DNA from: an uncultured Oscillospiraceae bacterium
GTDB taxonomy: Bacteria; Bacillota; Clostridia; Oscillospirales; Oscillospiraceae
Assembly: GCA_934573855.1 (NCBI GenBank)
Contig: CAKTMF010000009.1
Location: forward strand, 12,762-76,761
Reading direction: 5' to 3'
Length of the DNA stretch: 64,000 nt
Shown: positions 38,881 through 46,473 of the stretch, one piece after another
Position numbering within the stretch: the first letter of the stretch is position 1
Layout of the letters: each line of letters opens with the position of its first letter
The notes under the pieces: model-generated
Told to the model about the DNA's origin: nothing
What the model saw: only the letters and a program-made list of their open reading frames with translations
Databases searched by the model: none
Position numbers and translations under genes: made by a program

Positions 38881-38896
38881 TTATTTTATGCTCTTT
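38869..38896 (-). other. dif: candidate dif / Xer recombination site: minus strand AAAGAGCATAA-AATAAA-TTATGTAAACC (11-6-11)
   Basis: The right arm equals the Firmicute XerD arm TTATGTAAAC. The left arm ends in GCATAA like the E. coli XerC arm. The palindromic inner CATAA-N6-TTATG framework is present. It is the only motif copy in the window with this full architecture. Confidence 0.4.
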
Positions 38897-39428
38897 CCCC
38901 GTCTCCGTCGAAATACATCACCGGGGCCATTCCCGAGACCAGCAGCACCATGTCTGAGCTCTCTGTCTCACTGCCGCTGCGGCCATAGCACTGTTCGATG
39001 AGTATTTCTCCGCTGTAGACGCCGTATTCGGCGGAGTTCGGCTGCTGGGAGACGATGTTTTCCTTCAGCAGCGTCCGTATGTCGCACTCGCCGCTGACGC
39101 TGCCGAGGCGTCTGCCCTTGACATAGACGGTCTTGAGCAGGGAAACGCCCCCGGTCTCCCTCAACACCCTGTCGGTAAAGTCCTGCCGGTCGTTCCGCGG
39201 CGGGCGCAGACTCAGATATGACGATGTCGTGACCGCCGGCATTATTGCCGCGCCCTCGCATATCTCCTCCGCCGCAAGCTCCGAAAGATACAGGCACTCA
39301 CCGGCACAGCCCGGCGAGTAGCTCCCTGCCAGCGGCTCGCCGTTTACGCTCACGGTGCAGCACACGTTAAGATTCGCCGCTGCCACGAGCAGCAGCGCGG
39401 ATACGAACAAAAAAAGTTTTCCCCTCAT
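38886..39428 (-). CDS. hypothetical secreted protein (signal peptide, 6 Cys), function unknown
   Basis: Start MRGKLFLFVSALLLVAAANL with a ggaggtgg RBS. The six-frame ORF extends further 5' to 39686, but that region lacks an RBS. Confidence 0.55.
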   Translation of the reverse strand: MRGKLFLFVSALLLVAAANLNVCCTVSVNGEPLAGSYSPGCAGECLYLSELAAEEICEGAAIMPAVTTSSYLSLRPPRNDRQDFTDRVLRETGGVSLLKTVYVKGRRLGSVSGECDIRTLLKENIVSQQPNSAEYGVYSGEILIEQCYGRSGSETESSDMVLLVSGMAPVMYFDGDGERA

Positions 39429-39443
39429 TTGACCACCTCCAAA

Positions 39444-39453
39444 GTTAACATAA
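39444..39453 (-). repeat. GTTAACATAA (reverse complement TTATGTTAAC), T-variant motif copy between the two minus-strand genes
   Basis: Seen directly. Confidence 0.7.
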
Positions 39454-39505
39454 CTTATCTGACGGACGAGGTCAATAGCTTCGACAAAACTGGTGGGAAT
39501 AAGCT

Positions 39506-40123
39506 TTATTCTTCTTCCGTGACGGCGGCGATCTCCGTGACGGACACCTCGAACGCGGTCCTTTCGACCGAGCCGTATTCCGTCAGCTTTATGTAGTGCC
39601 GGCTCTGGAGCCTTCCGCTGAGCTGCACCTGCGTCCCCACGCCCCACAGGCAGACCTGCTGCGCCTGCCGGCCCCAGCATATACACGGCAGATAATCCGA
39701 GCGGCTGTAGCTCCTGTTGACGGCCAGCATAAGGTCGCAGATATCCCTGCCCATCGGCGTGGTGCGCAGGTTGGGGAGTTTACATAATGTTCCACGCAGC
39801 ATGACGAGGTTGCTGTCCTCATCGTCGCAGAAGTAAAGCTCTCTCGCGAACACGGTTATCACGAGCTTCGCGCCCTCTCCGCGGCGATTGTTGAAGGTCC
39901 GCACCTGCCCGATAACGCAGAGCTTCTCGCCCTCGTGCCCCTGAAGCTCCGGCAGCTGGCTCCGGCGCACTATCACGTTCAGCGTGTCGAAGTTTCCCGA
40001 CAGGCGCTCCACCTCAAGCTGAAAGGTGTAGAATTCCTGCGAGCGGCTGAGATGGGAAAAAACGGGGCTGCCGGCCATTGTCCCGCACAGCTTCGTGTAG
40101 TTGTTTTCGGTGTTCATGTCCAT
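39506..40123 (-). CDS. SSB-like protein with two tandem OB folds
   Basis: C-terminal half aligns to bacterial SSB (LAVNR, CICWGRQAQ vs CVTWRRQAE, GRLQSRHY vs GRLQTRNY, ERTAFEVSVTEI). The N-terminal half is a second divergent OB fold. No acidic SSB tail. Confidence 0.6.
   Translation of the reverse strand: MDMNTENNYTKLCGTMAGSPVFSHLSRSQEFYTFQLEVERLSGNFDTLNVIVRRSQLPELQGHEGEKLCVIGQVRTFNNRRGEGAKLVITVFARELYFCDDEDSNLVMLRGTLCKLPNLRTTPMGRDICDLMLAVNRSYSRSDYLPCICWGRQAQQVCLWGVGTQVQLSGRLQSRHYIKLTEYGSVERTAFEVSVTEIAAVTEEE
39778..39788 (-). repeat. GTTTACATAAT motif copy inside the SSB-like gene (encodes T-L-C-K-L on the minus strand)
   Basis: Exact core. Confidence 0.9.
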
Positions 40124-40175
40124 TTCTTAGGCCATCCTTTTCGAAGATATGTTTAAGCATATGTTCAGATGACTA

Positions 40176-40204
40176 TTGAATATGTGCGCGGAAAAGGTTA
40201 TAAT
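40176..40204 (+). promoter_or_regulatory. sigma-A promoter ttgaat-17-tataat for deoC
   Basis: Hexamers and 17-bp spacer seen directly. Confidence 0.6.
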
Positions 40205-40234
40205 ACTGCCACAATTCTTATGAGGTGAAGATCA

Positions 40235-40894
40235 ATGGACATTAAGGAAATTCTTGAAAAATGCGACCATACTCTGCTCCGCGTGGACTGCACCGCCGAT
40301 GAGATACGCACTCTGTGCGACCAGGCGATAAAGTATAACTGCGCCAGCGTATGTATCCCGCCCTGCCACGTTTCGGGCGCGAAGAGATACGTCAGCGGCA
40401 GAATGAAGATATGCACGGTCATCGGCTTCCCCAACGGCTACATGACCACCGCCGCCAAGGCGTTTGAGGCGGCCGACGCGATAAAGAACGGAGCGGACGA
40501 GATCGACATGGTCATCAATCTCTCCATGGTCAAGGATGGCCGCTGGGACAAGGTGGCCGAGGACATCTCCGCCGTCCGCGAGGCGACCAAGGGCTATATC
40601 CTCAAGGTCATAATCGAGTGCTGCCTTCTCACCGACGAGGAGAAGGTAAAGATGTGCGCCATAGTCGCGGACTGCGGCGCGGATTATATCAAGACCTCTA
40701 CCGGCTTCTCCAAGGGCGGCGCCACCCGCGAGGACGTCAAGCTCATGCGCGAGAACTGCCCCGCGAGCGTCAAGGTCAAGGCCGCCGGCGGTATCTCCTC
40801 CATAGAAGATGCGGAGGACTTCGTGGCCCTCGGCGCGGACCGTCTCGGCACCAGCCGTATAGTCAAGCTCGCCATGGCGATGGAGCAGGAGTAA
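40235..40894 (+). CDS. deoC: deoxyribose-phosphate aldolase
   Basis: Class I aldolase DeoC with Schiff-base lysine context (DYIKTSTGF), 219 aa. Confidence 0.85.
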   Translation: MDIKEILEKCDHTLLRVDCTADEIRTLCDQAIKYNCASVCIPPCHVSGAKRYVSGRMKICTVIGFPNGYMTTAAKAFEAADAIKNGADEIDMVINLSMVKDGRWDKVAEDISAVREATKGYILKVIIECCLLTDEEKVKMCAIVADCGADYIKTSTGFSKGGATREDVKLMRENCPASVKVKAAGGISSIEDAEDFVALGADRLGTSRIVKLAMAMEQE

Positions 40895-40911
40895 GACCTC
40901 TTACCTACGGA

Positions 40912-41280
40912 TCATTTGCGGAGACTTCTCCGCAGCAGCGTACACAGCGCCGTGCCGGGGACGGAGAGCGCCAGCCACGCGAGAGTGAACGCGGGACATA
41001 TCTGCCCCATCAGGTTGAGCGGCATGTCCGAGTAATCCCAGACGCCCCAGCCCAGCGTGAGGTTCACGAGCAGCCCGGTCTCAAATTCCACCGCGGTTAT
41101 CACGGCGGCACAGAGTATCCATTTACGCACGCGGCCGAGACCGCTGCCGGAGATGATATATATGAGCGTGAAGCACAGCCCGCCGCACAGAAGCATCGTC
41201 CAGTGCGTCCACCCGCGCCAGAGAAGCTCCGCCAGACCGTAGAGCGCCGCGCCGAGGAGATATACGATAAAGTATTCCAT
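40912..41280 (-). CDS. small 4-TM membrane protein (putative ABC-transporter type IV / DUF1113-like)
   Basis: Hydrophobic 122-aa ORF with a gggagggg RBS. Confidence 0.5.
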   Translation of the reverse strand: MEYFIVYLLGAALYGLAELLWRGWTHWTMLLCGGLCFTLIYIISGSGLGRVRKWILCAAVITAVEFETGLLVNLTLGWGVWDYSDMPLNLMGQICPAFTLAWLALSVPGTALCTLLRRSLRK

Positions 41281-41372
41281 GTCGACCCCTCCCATTGGGT
41301 ATATCTTTTCCGGGGACAGGAATAATTATCCTCGCGCGTGAATAATAATATTGAAGAAAGCGAAAAAAGCCT

Positions 41373-41401
41373 TGACAAGCCGCGAAATAACTGTTATATT
41401 A
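41373..41401 (+). promoter_or_regulatory. sigma-A promoter ttgaca-17-tatatt for the infC operon
   Basis: Perfect -35 with a 17-bp spacer. Confidence 0.55.
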
Positions 41402-41407
41402 TCAGGG

Positions 41408-41550
41408 CTAAAAGAAAGAAGGTATCGCGCTTTGCGTCCTCACCCGGCGGCAGTCGCCAGCCGTGGTCAATAAAAGCACTTCCCCTTTGGGGCAACAGTG
41501 GTTTTATGCGCGGACGCGGTGCGTCCGCGCTTTATTTTTACCGGAGGTGT
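41408..41550 (+). ncRNA. ribosomal protein L20 leader (infC-rpmI-rplT autoregulatory leader) with intrinsic attenuator
   Basis: A leader of about 150 nt between the promoter and infC. It contains the hairpin gcgcggacgcg-gtg-cgtccgcgc followed by tttattttta just upstream of the infC RBS, the arrangement of Bacillus-type L20 leaders. Confidence 0.45.
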
Positions 41551-41555
41551 TTCAA

Positions 41556-42137
41556 ATCGCAAACGCTGTTCATCAGATCAACGAAGAGATCATTGACAAG
41601 GAGATACGCCTTATCGGCGACGAGGGCGAGCAGTTAGGCATCATGTCTGCTGAGGAAGCATTCAAGATCGCACTGGAACGCGACCTGGATCTGGTCAAGA
41701 TCGCTCCGGGTTCCAATCCTCCGGTGTGCCGTATCATGGACTACGGTAAGTTCCGCTTCGAGCAGACCAAAAAGGAAAAGGAAGCCAAGAAGAACCAGCG
41801 TGTTATCGAGATCAAGGAGATACGCATGTCTCCCGGTATCGACACCAACGACTTCAACACCAAGCTCAAGAACGCCCAGAAGTTTCTCGCGGACGGCGAC
41901 CGCGTGAAGGTCTCCGTGCGCTTCCGCGGCAGAGAGATGGCACACACCCAGATAGGCGAGGTGCTGCTCCGCGATTTTGCCGAGAAGTGTTCAGAGATAG
42001 CCAATCTGGACAAGGCGCCCAAGCTTGAGGGCCGGAATATGTCCATGTTCCTCTCTCCCAAGCCCACTACCCCGCCGAAAAAGCCCGCGAAGCCCAAAAT
42101 CCCTAAAGCCCCCGAGACCGCCGGGTCTCAGGAATAA
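41556..42137 (+). CDS. infC: translation initiation factor IF-3, probably initiating at a non-AUG (ATC) codon 6 nt after ggaggtg, with a Pro/Lys-rich C-terminal extension
   Basis: Body aligns to IF-3 (PPVCRIMDYGKFRFEQ...). No in-frame ATG follows the RBS, consistent with the atypical infC start codons known in other bacteria. Confidence 0.7.
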   Translation: MANAVHQINEEIIDKEIRLIGDEGEQLGIMSAEEAFKIALERDLDLVKIAPGSNPPVCRIMDYGKFRFEQTKKEKEAKKNQRVIEIKEIRMSPGIDTNDFNTKLKNAQKFLADGDRVKVSVRFRGREMAHTQIGEVLLRDFAEKCSEIANLDKAPKLEGRNMSMFLSPKPTTPPKKPAKPKIPKAPETAGSQE

Positions 42138-42186
42138 ACCAGTTTATAACAGGAGTTTCCTGTAAGTTACGGAAGGAGAAAATATC

Positions 42187-42384
42187 ATGCCCAAACTGAA
42201 AACCCACAGCGGTGCAAAGAAGAGATTCAATCTCACCAAGTCCGGTAAGGTAAAGCGCGCACACGCGTTTAAGAGCCATATCCTCACCAAGAAAGACACC
42301 AAGCGCTGCCGCCGTCTGCGCTCCGAGGCATATGCCGACGTGACCAACGAAGCAACCATCAAGAAAATGATCCCTTACAAATAA
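42187..42384 (+). CDS. rpmI: 50S ribosomal protein L35
   Basis: [14 protein letters not shown] start. Confidence 0.9.
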   Translation: MPKLKTHSGAKKRFNLTKSGKVKRAHAFKSHILTKKDTKRCRRLRSEAYADVTNEATIKKMIPYK

Positions 42385-42413
42385 GGGCGGACGCTATATA
42401 GGAGGATAAATAA

Positions 42414-42767
42414 ATGGCAAGAGTTAAAGGCGCAATGATGACCCGCAAGCACAGAAATAAGGTTCTCGGTCTTGCAAAGGGTTACTGGGGCAACAAGTCC
42501 CGTCACTATAAGATGGCAAACGAGCAGCTCATGAAGTCCGGCCGCTACGCATACGTCGGCCGCAAGCAGAAGAAGAGAGACTTCCGCAAGCTGTGGATCA
42601 CCCGTATCAGCGCAGGCTGCAAGATGAACGGCATAAACTACTCCACCTTCATGCACGGCCTCAAGCTGGCCGGTGTCGACATGAACCGCAAGATGCTGTC
42701 CGAGACCGCCATCCACGATCCCGCCGCCTTCACCGCTCTGTGCGAGCTGGCGAAGAACGCAAAGTGA
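42414..42767 (+). CDS. rplT: 50S ribosomal protein L20
   Basis: [18 protein letters not shown] start. Confidence 0.9.
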   Translation: MARVKGAMMTRKHRNKVLGLAKGYWGNKSRHYKMANEQLMKSGRYAYVGRKQKKRDFRKLWITRISAGCKMNGINYSTFMHGLKLAGVDMNRKMLSETAIHDPAAFTALCELAKNAK

Positions 42768-42781
42768 TTTTTGCATGATAT

Positions 42782-42818
42782 GACCTCTCCGCTTTACGGC
42801 GGAGGGGTCTGTTTTTTT
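42782..42818 (+). terminator. rho-independent terminator after rplT (gacctctccgc-tttac-ggcggaggggtc + ttttttt)
   Basis: Stem-loop plus a run of 7 T. Confidence 0.7.
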
Positions 42819-42867
42819 CCAATCTTTTCACTTGCCCGGACGGGCGAAATGATGTATTATTTGCAAT

Positions 42868-44004
42868 ATGGAAAGTATAACTGTCGAAAAGCGCGGTCTG
42901 CGCAGCTTATATAGGCTCTGCCCGAAGCGCCACGTCCTGCTGCTCATAAGCGTGGCGCTCATATTGCTGCACCTTGCGGCACGGGGGAATAAGGCTCTTA
43001 TGGTCTCCCTCTCGGGACGCTTCGTGCAGCCGCTCCACCATGCCCTCGCAAAGCTCAATTCCCGTGTGCCGTTTTCCGTGGCGGAGCTTATCTGGGCGCT
43101 GGGCGTGATAGCAGCCGCGGTTTACATAATTTCACAAATTATTTTGCTTTTCTTGAGAAAAGACCGGCTGAAACGAGTTTACATAATTTTTATAACTGTT
43201 CTCTCGATCGCGGCGTTCATCTATGCTATGTTCTGCATGCTGTGGGGAACGTACTATTACGGCGACGATTTTCAGAGCCGCAGCGGGATAGAGTCGAGGG
43301 ACATATCCGCCGAAGAGCTGGCCGCGGTGACGGAGTATTTTGCCCTGCGCGCGAACGAATATGCCGACATGGTGATGCGCAATGAGGACGGGTTCTATGT
43401 CTGCGACCGGGAAGCTATACTTGCGCGCTCCGACGAGGTCTTTGACGCGGTGGTCGAGGATTACCCCAGCCTTGACGGGCCGAGGGTCCGTGCCAAGGGG
43501 ATATTTTTCTCGCGCGTGATGAGCTACACGAATTTTACGGGCTTCTTTTTCCCGTTCACGGCCGAGGCGAATGTGAATACCGATTTTCCGCCGGCGCTCT
43601 TTGCCTCCACGGTGGCGCATGAGCTTTCGCACCAGAGGGGCGTTGCAAAGGAGCAGGAGGCGAATTTCACCGCCGTTCTGGCGAGCCTATATTACGGCGA
43701 CACGGATTACTGTTATTCGTCCTGTCTGCTTGCGTATGTGCATTTGGGCAACGCGCTGTACAGGGCGGATCACGCGGAGTGGGAGCGCGTGTACGGCCTG
43801 CTTGACGAGCGTGTGGTGAAGGATTTTGCGCTCGACACCCATTATTGGCGGCAGTTTGACACCCCCGTGCAGACGGTCAGCAATACGGTCTATGAGGGCT
43901 TCCTCCAGAGCTACGATCAGAAGCTCGGCATGCGGAGCTATGGAGCGTGCGTCGATCTCCTCGTGAATTACTATTATGGGGAAGCAAAGAATTTCTTGGA
44001 GTAA
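42868..44004 (+). CDS. DUF3810-family membrane-anchored HExxH (zincin-like) protein
   Basis: Two N-terminal TM helices, conserved TVAHELSHQRG motif, 378 aa. Confidence 0.65.
   Translation: MESITVEKRGLRSLYRLCPKRHVLLLISVALILLHLAARGNKALMVSLSGRFVQPLHHALAKLNSRVPFSVAELIWALGVIAAAVYIISQIILLFLRKDRLKRVYIIFITVLSIAAFIYAMFCMLWGTYYYGDDFQSRSGIESRDISAEELAAVTEYFALRANEYADMVMRNEDGFYVCDREAILARSDEVFDAVVEDYPSLDGPRVRAKGIFFSRVMSYTNFTGFFFPFTAEANVNTDFPPALFASTVAHELSHQRGVAKEQEANFTAVLASLYYGDTDYCYSSCLLAYVHLGNALYRADHAEWERVYGLLDERVVKDFALDTHYWRQFDTPVQTVSNTVYEGFLQSYDQKLGMRSYGACVDLLVNYYYGEAKNFLE
43120..43189 (-). repeat. two direct copies of GTTTACATAATTT (43120-43132, 43177-43189), 57 bp start to start, inside the TM-coding part of the DUF3810 gene (each encodes V-Y-I-I)
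   Basis: Exact 13-mers seen directly. Confidence 0.9.
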
Positions 44005-44028
44005 ATCGGAGTTTTTTGAAAATAACAC

Positions 44029-44056
44029 TTGACAAATTCCGTAAAGCGGTTATAAT
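44029..44056 (+). promoter_or_regulatory. sigma-A promoter ttgaca-16-tataat driving tRNA-Gln
   Basis: Consensus hexamers 12 nt upstream of the tRNA. Confidence 0.6.
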
Positions 44057-44068
44057 AGCTCTTGCGTT

Positions 44069-44142
44069 TAGCGGAGTTGTGTAAAGGTAGCACACCGGAC
44101 TCTGACTCCGTTTGTGAGGGTTCGAATCCTTCCTCCGCTGCC
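44069..44142 (+). tRNA. tRNA-Gln (anticodon CUG), CCA encoded
   Basis: Manual fold: acceptor agcggag/ctccgct, D-arm gtg-taaaggtag-cac, anticodon stem ccgga/tccgt with loop cuCUGac (U33, A37), T-arm gaggg-ttcgaat-ccttc, discriminator G, CCA. The anticodon arm aligns to B. subtilis tRNA-Gln. Confidence 0.8.
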
Positions 44143-44146
44143 AAAG

Positions 44147-44181
44147 GACAGTCCACCGTCGGGTGGGCTGTTTTTTTATGT
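44147..44181 (+). terminator. rho-independent terminator after tRNA-Gln (cagtccacc-gtcg-ggtgggctg + ttttttt)
   Basis: Stem plus T7. Confidence 0.65.
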
Positions 44182-44235
44182 GTAGAGAGGGATCGAACCC
44201 TCACAAAAATTTGATCCATCGGCGGAGCCGACGCA

Positions 44236-44306
44236 CCAAAGGCGCGAGGGTTCGAATCCTTCCTTCGCTGCCAAAGGACAGTCCACCGTCGGGTGGGCTG
44301 TTTTTT
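44236..44306 (+). repeat. direct repeat of the tRNA-Gln 3' half plus its terminator (T-arm, acceptor 3' strand, CCA, hairpin, T-run), 3 mismatches in 64 bp, with no matching 5' half. An att-like tRNA relic
   Basis: 44236-44306 matches 44114-44187. The intervening 48 bp holds an antisense T-arm-like fragment (gagagggatcgaaccctcaca). Confidence 0.7.
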
Positions 44307-44424
44307 GTGTGTTCTATTGCTTACTTAAGGCACGGACCCGCGCGGAGCGTAAACCGTCTTGCTACATCTGCCTGTTTGTGATAGACTGAGCGCGGCAGAG
44401 AAAAACGGCGAAGGGAGACGGTAC

Positions 44425-45330
44425 TTGGTGAAGGTTTACCTTAACGACCCCATTGCGGACTCCGCGCTCGGACGGCTGAGGGCGCATGTGGAGCTTGTCG
44501 ACAATTTTGACCACCCGGAGGAGCTTGACGCCATTATCGTCAGGCAGCAGTATTGTACCGCGGACGTTATCCGCAGGGCGGTGCGCTGCCGCCTCATACA
44601 GCAGCACGGGGTCGGTCTTGACAGGATAGACACGAAGGCCGCCGAGGAGTGCGGCATTCCCGTGAAAAACACCCCCGGTATCAATTCGCGCTCCGTTGCG
44701 GAGTACACTGTCGCCATGATGCTCGACCTTTCCAGAAAGGTCACTGAGATCGACAAAAAGACCCGGGCAGGGCAGCTTCCGCGCTTCGGAATGCCGGAAA
44801 CGGTCGGGTACGAGATATCGCACAAGCGTATCGGCCTGCTCGGCAGCGGTCATGTGGCGCGCGAGGTCGCGCAGATATGCCGGGACGGCTTTCACATGGA
44901 CGTTTGCTGCTGCAGCTTCCACCACAGCGACGACGAGATTCGGAAAATGGGCTATACTCCCATCTCTTTCCGGGACATGTTTTCCGACTGCGATCTCGTC
45001 AGTCTCCACTGCATGCTCACGCCGGAAACTTACCATATAGTCGACGGCAAATGCTTTGAGGCTTGCAGTCCCAAGCTCATCTTCATCAACGCCGCGCGCG
45101 GCGGACTGGTCGATGAGGAGGCCCTGTACGAGGCGCTCGTTTCCAAAAAGCTTGCCGCAGCGGGGCTGGACGTTTTTGAGCAGCAGCCGCCGTCCACGGA
45201 TAATCCGCTGCTGTCGCTGGATAACTTCCTTGCCGGAATGCACGTCGCCGGCAGCACCCACGAGGCGCTGGAAAGAAACGGAAAGGCTGTCGTGGACTCC
45301 GTGTTCGCGGCGCTGGGTATCGAGGGATAA
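44425..45330 (+). CDS. D-isomer-specific 2-hydroxyacid dehydrogenase family protein (NAD-binding)
   Basis: GLLGSGHVAREVA Rossmann motif and catalytic R/E/H context. TTG start 6 nt after aagggaga (a GTG at 44428 is also possible). Confidence 0.75.
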   Translation: MVKVYLNDPIADSALGRLRAHVELVDNFDHPEELDAIIVRQQYCTADVIRRAVRCRLIQQHGVGLDRIDTKAAEECGIPVKNTPGINSRSVAEYTVAMMLDLSRKVTEIDKKTRAGQLPRFGMPETVGYEISHKRIGLLGSGHVAREVAQICRDGFHMDVCCCSFHHSDDEIRKMGYTPISFRDMFSDCDLVSLHCMLTPETYHIVDGKCFEACSPKLIFINAARGGLVDEEALYEALVSKKLAAAGLDVFEQQPPSTDNPLLSLDNFLAGMHVAGSTHEALERNGKAVVDSVFAALGIEG

Positions 45331-45342
45331 AGCTATGATACG

Positions 45343-45769
45343 GGCTTTACAGGAAAAGGATGTGGACAGCACGGCCGCTATATGGCTTGACGGCAACCTG
45401 ACGGCGCATGACTTTATCTCCGCGCGATACTGGACGGATAATCTTGAACCGGTAAAGGAGCAGCTGCCCCTTGCGGAGGTCTATGTTTATGAGGACGGCC
45501 GGGGCGTTGCGGGCTTTGTCGGGCTGAGCGGTGAGCATATCGAGGGCATTTTTGTCTCCGGTGCCGCGCGCTCGCACGGGATAGGCAGGCAGCTGCTGGA
45601 CTATGTAAAGGGCATAAAGCCTCGTCTGACGCTGAATGTGTACCGCAAGAACGAGAGCGCGGTGCGGTTTTACCGCCGGGAGGGCTTTGACATCCGGGCC
45701 GGGGGACTCGATGAAGCCACTGGCGAAGAAGACTATATGATGGTGTGGGAAAGGAAGCGGACGGTATGA
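45343..45769 (+). CDS. GNAT family N-acetyltransferase
   Basis: Acetyl-CoA binding motif RSHGIGRQLL, gaggga RBS. Confidence 0.75.
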
Positions 45770-46258
45770 ATATAGAGATCAGGGGTCACACCGAAAGAGA
45801 CATGGAGGCCATGATCCGTATATGGAACGAGGTCGTGGAGGACGGTATTGCTTTTCCGCAGGAGGAGACGCTCACGCTCGCGGACGGGAGGGAGTTTTTT
45901 TGACTCCCAGACCTACAGCGCCGTGGCCGAAAACACCGAAAGCGGCGAGATACTTGGCCTTTACATACTGCACCCGAATAATGTCGGCAGGTGCGGACAT
46001 ATCTGCAACGCGAGCTATGCCGTGAGCAGCCGTGCGCGCGGCCTGCACATCGGCGAAAAGCTCGTCAAGGACTGCATGGAGCAGGGACGGCGGTACGGTT
46101 TTCGCATACTGCAGTTCAACGCCGTCGTCGAGTCGAACATCCACGCGCGGCATTTGTACGAGCGGCTTGGCTTTGTCCGGCTCGGAACGATACCGGGCGG
46201 CTTTAGAATGAAGGACGGACACTATGAAAATATCTGCCCGTACTATCACGAGCTGTGA
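45766..46258 (+). pseudogene. GNAT family N-acetyltransferase interrupted by a frameshift at a T7 homopolymer (45895-45901)
   Basis: ORF 45766..45903 (MNIEIRGHTERDMEAMIRIWNE...) stops right after the T-run. The acetyltransferase core (RGLHIGEKLV, Q/R-x-x-G-x-G/A region) continues in another frame through 46258. One fewer T fuses them. Confidence 0.6.
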
Positions 46259-46283
46259 GCGATAACACACGGACGGGAATATA

Positions 46284-46318
46284 AAAATGACGGGCGTCGA
46301 TCGCCCGTCATTTTTTTA
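46284..46318 (+). terminator. rho-independent terminator (atgacgggcg-tcga-tcgcccgtcat + ttttttt)
   Basis: Perfect stem plus T7. Confidence 0.7.
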
Positions 46319-46387
46319 TGCATGTCTCCCGTCGTACATCCTCCTGCGCACTGCCGCTGTGCCGGCAGAGGTTTTTGCCGGTGATCG

Positions 46388-46417
46388 TTGACACAAAATA
46401 TTTCGCCGGGTTATAAT
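46388..46417 (+). promoter_or_regulatory. sigma-A promoter ttgaca-18-tataat for the MFS gene
   Basis: Consensus hexamers. Confidence 0.6.
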
Positions 46418-46473
46418 CAAATCAGCTTGTGCCGTTATTCGGCATATCGGAGAATAAAAATAGGGAGGAAATC

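Noticed and set aside
44188-44235. A second complete tRNA between the two tRNA-Gln 3' copies
   Set aside because: The 3' acceptor strand cttcgct of the second copy has no complementary 5' strand within 90 nt upstream. The intervening antisense T-arm-like fragment lacks D and anticodon arms. I could not fold a cloverleaf manually.
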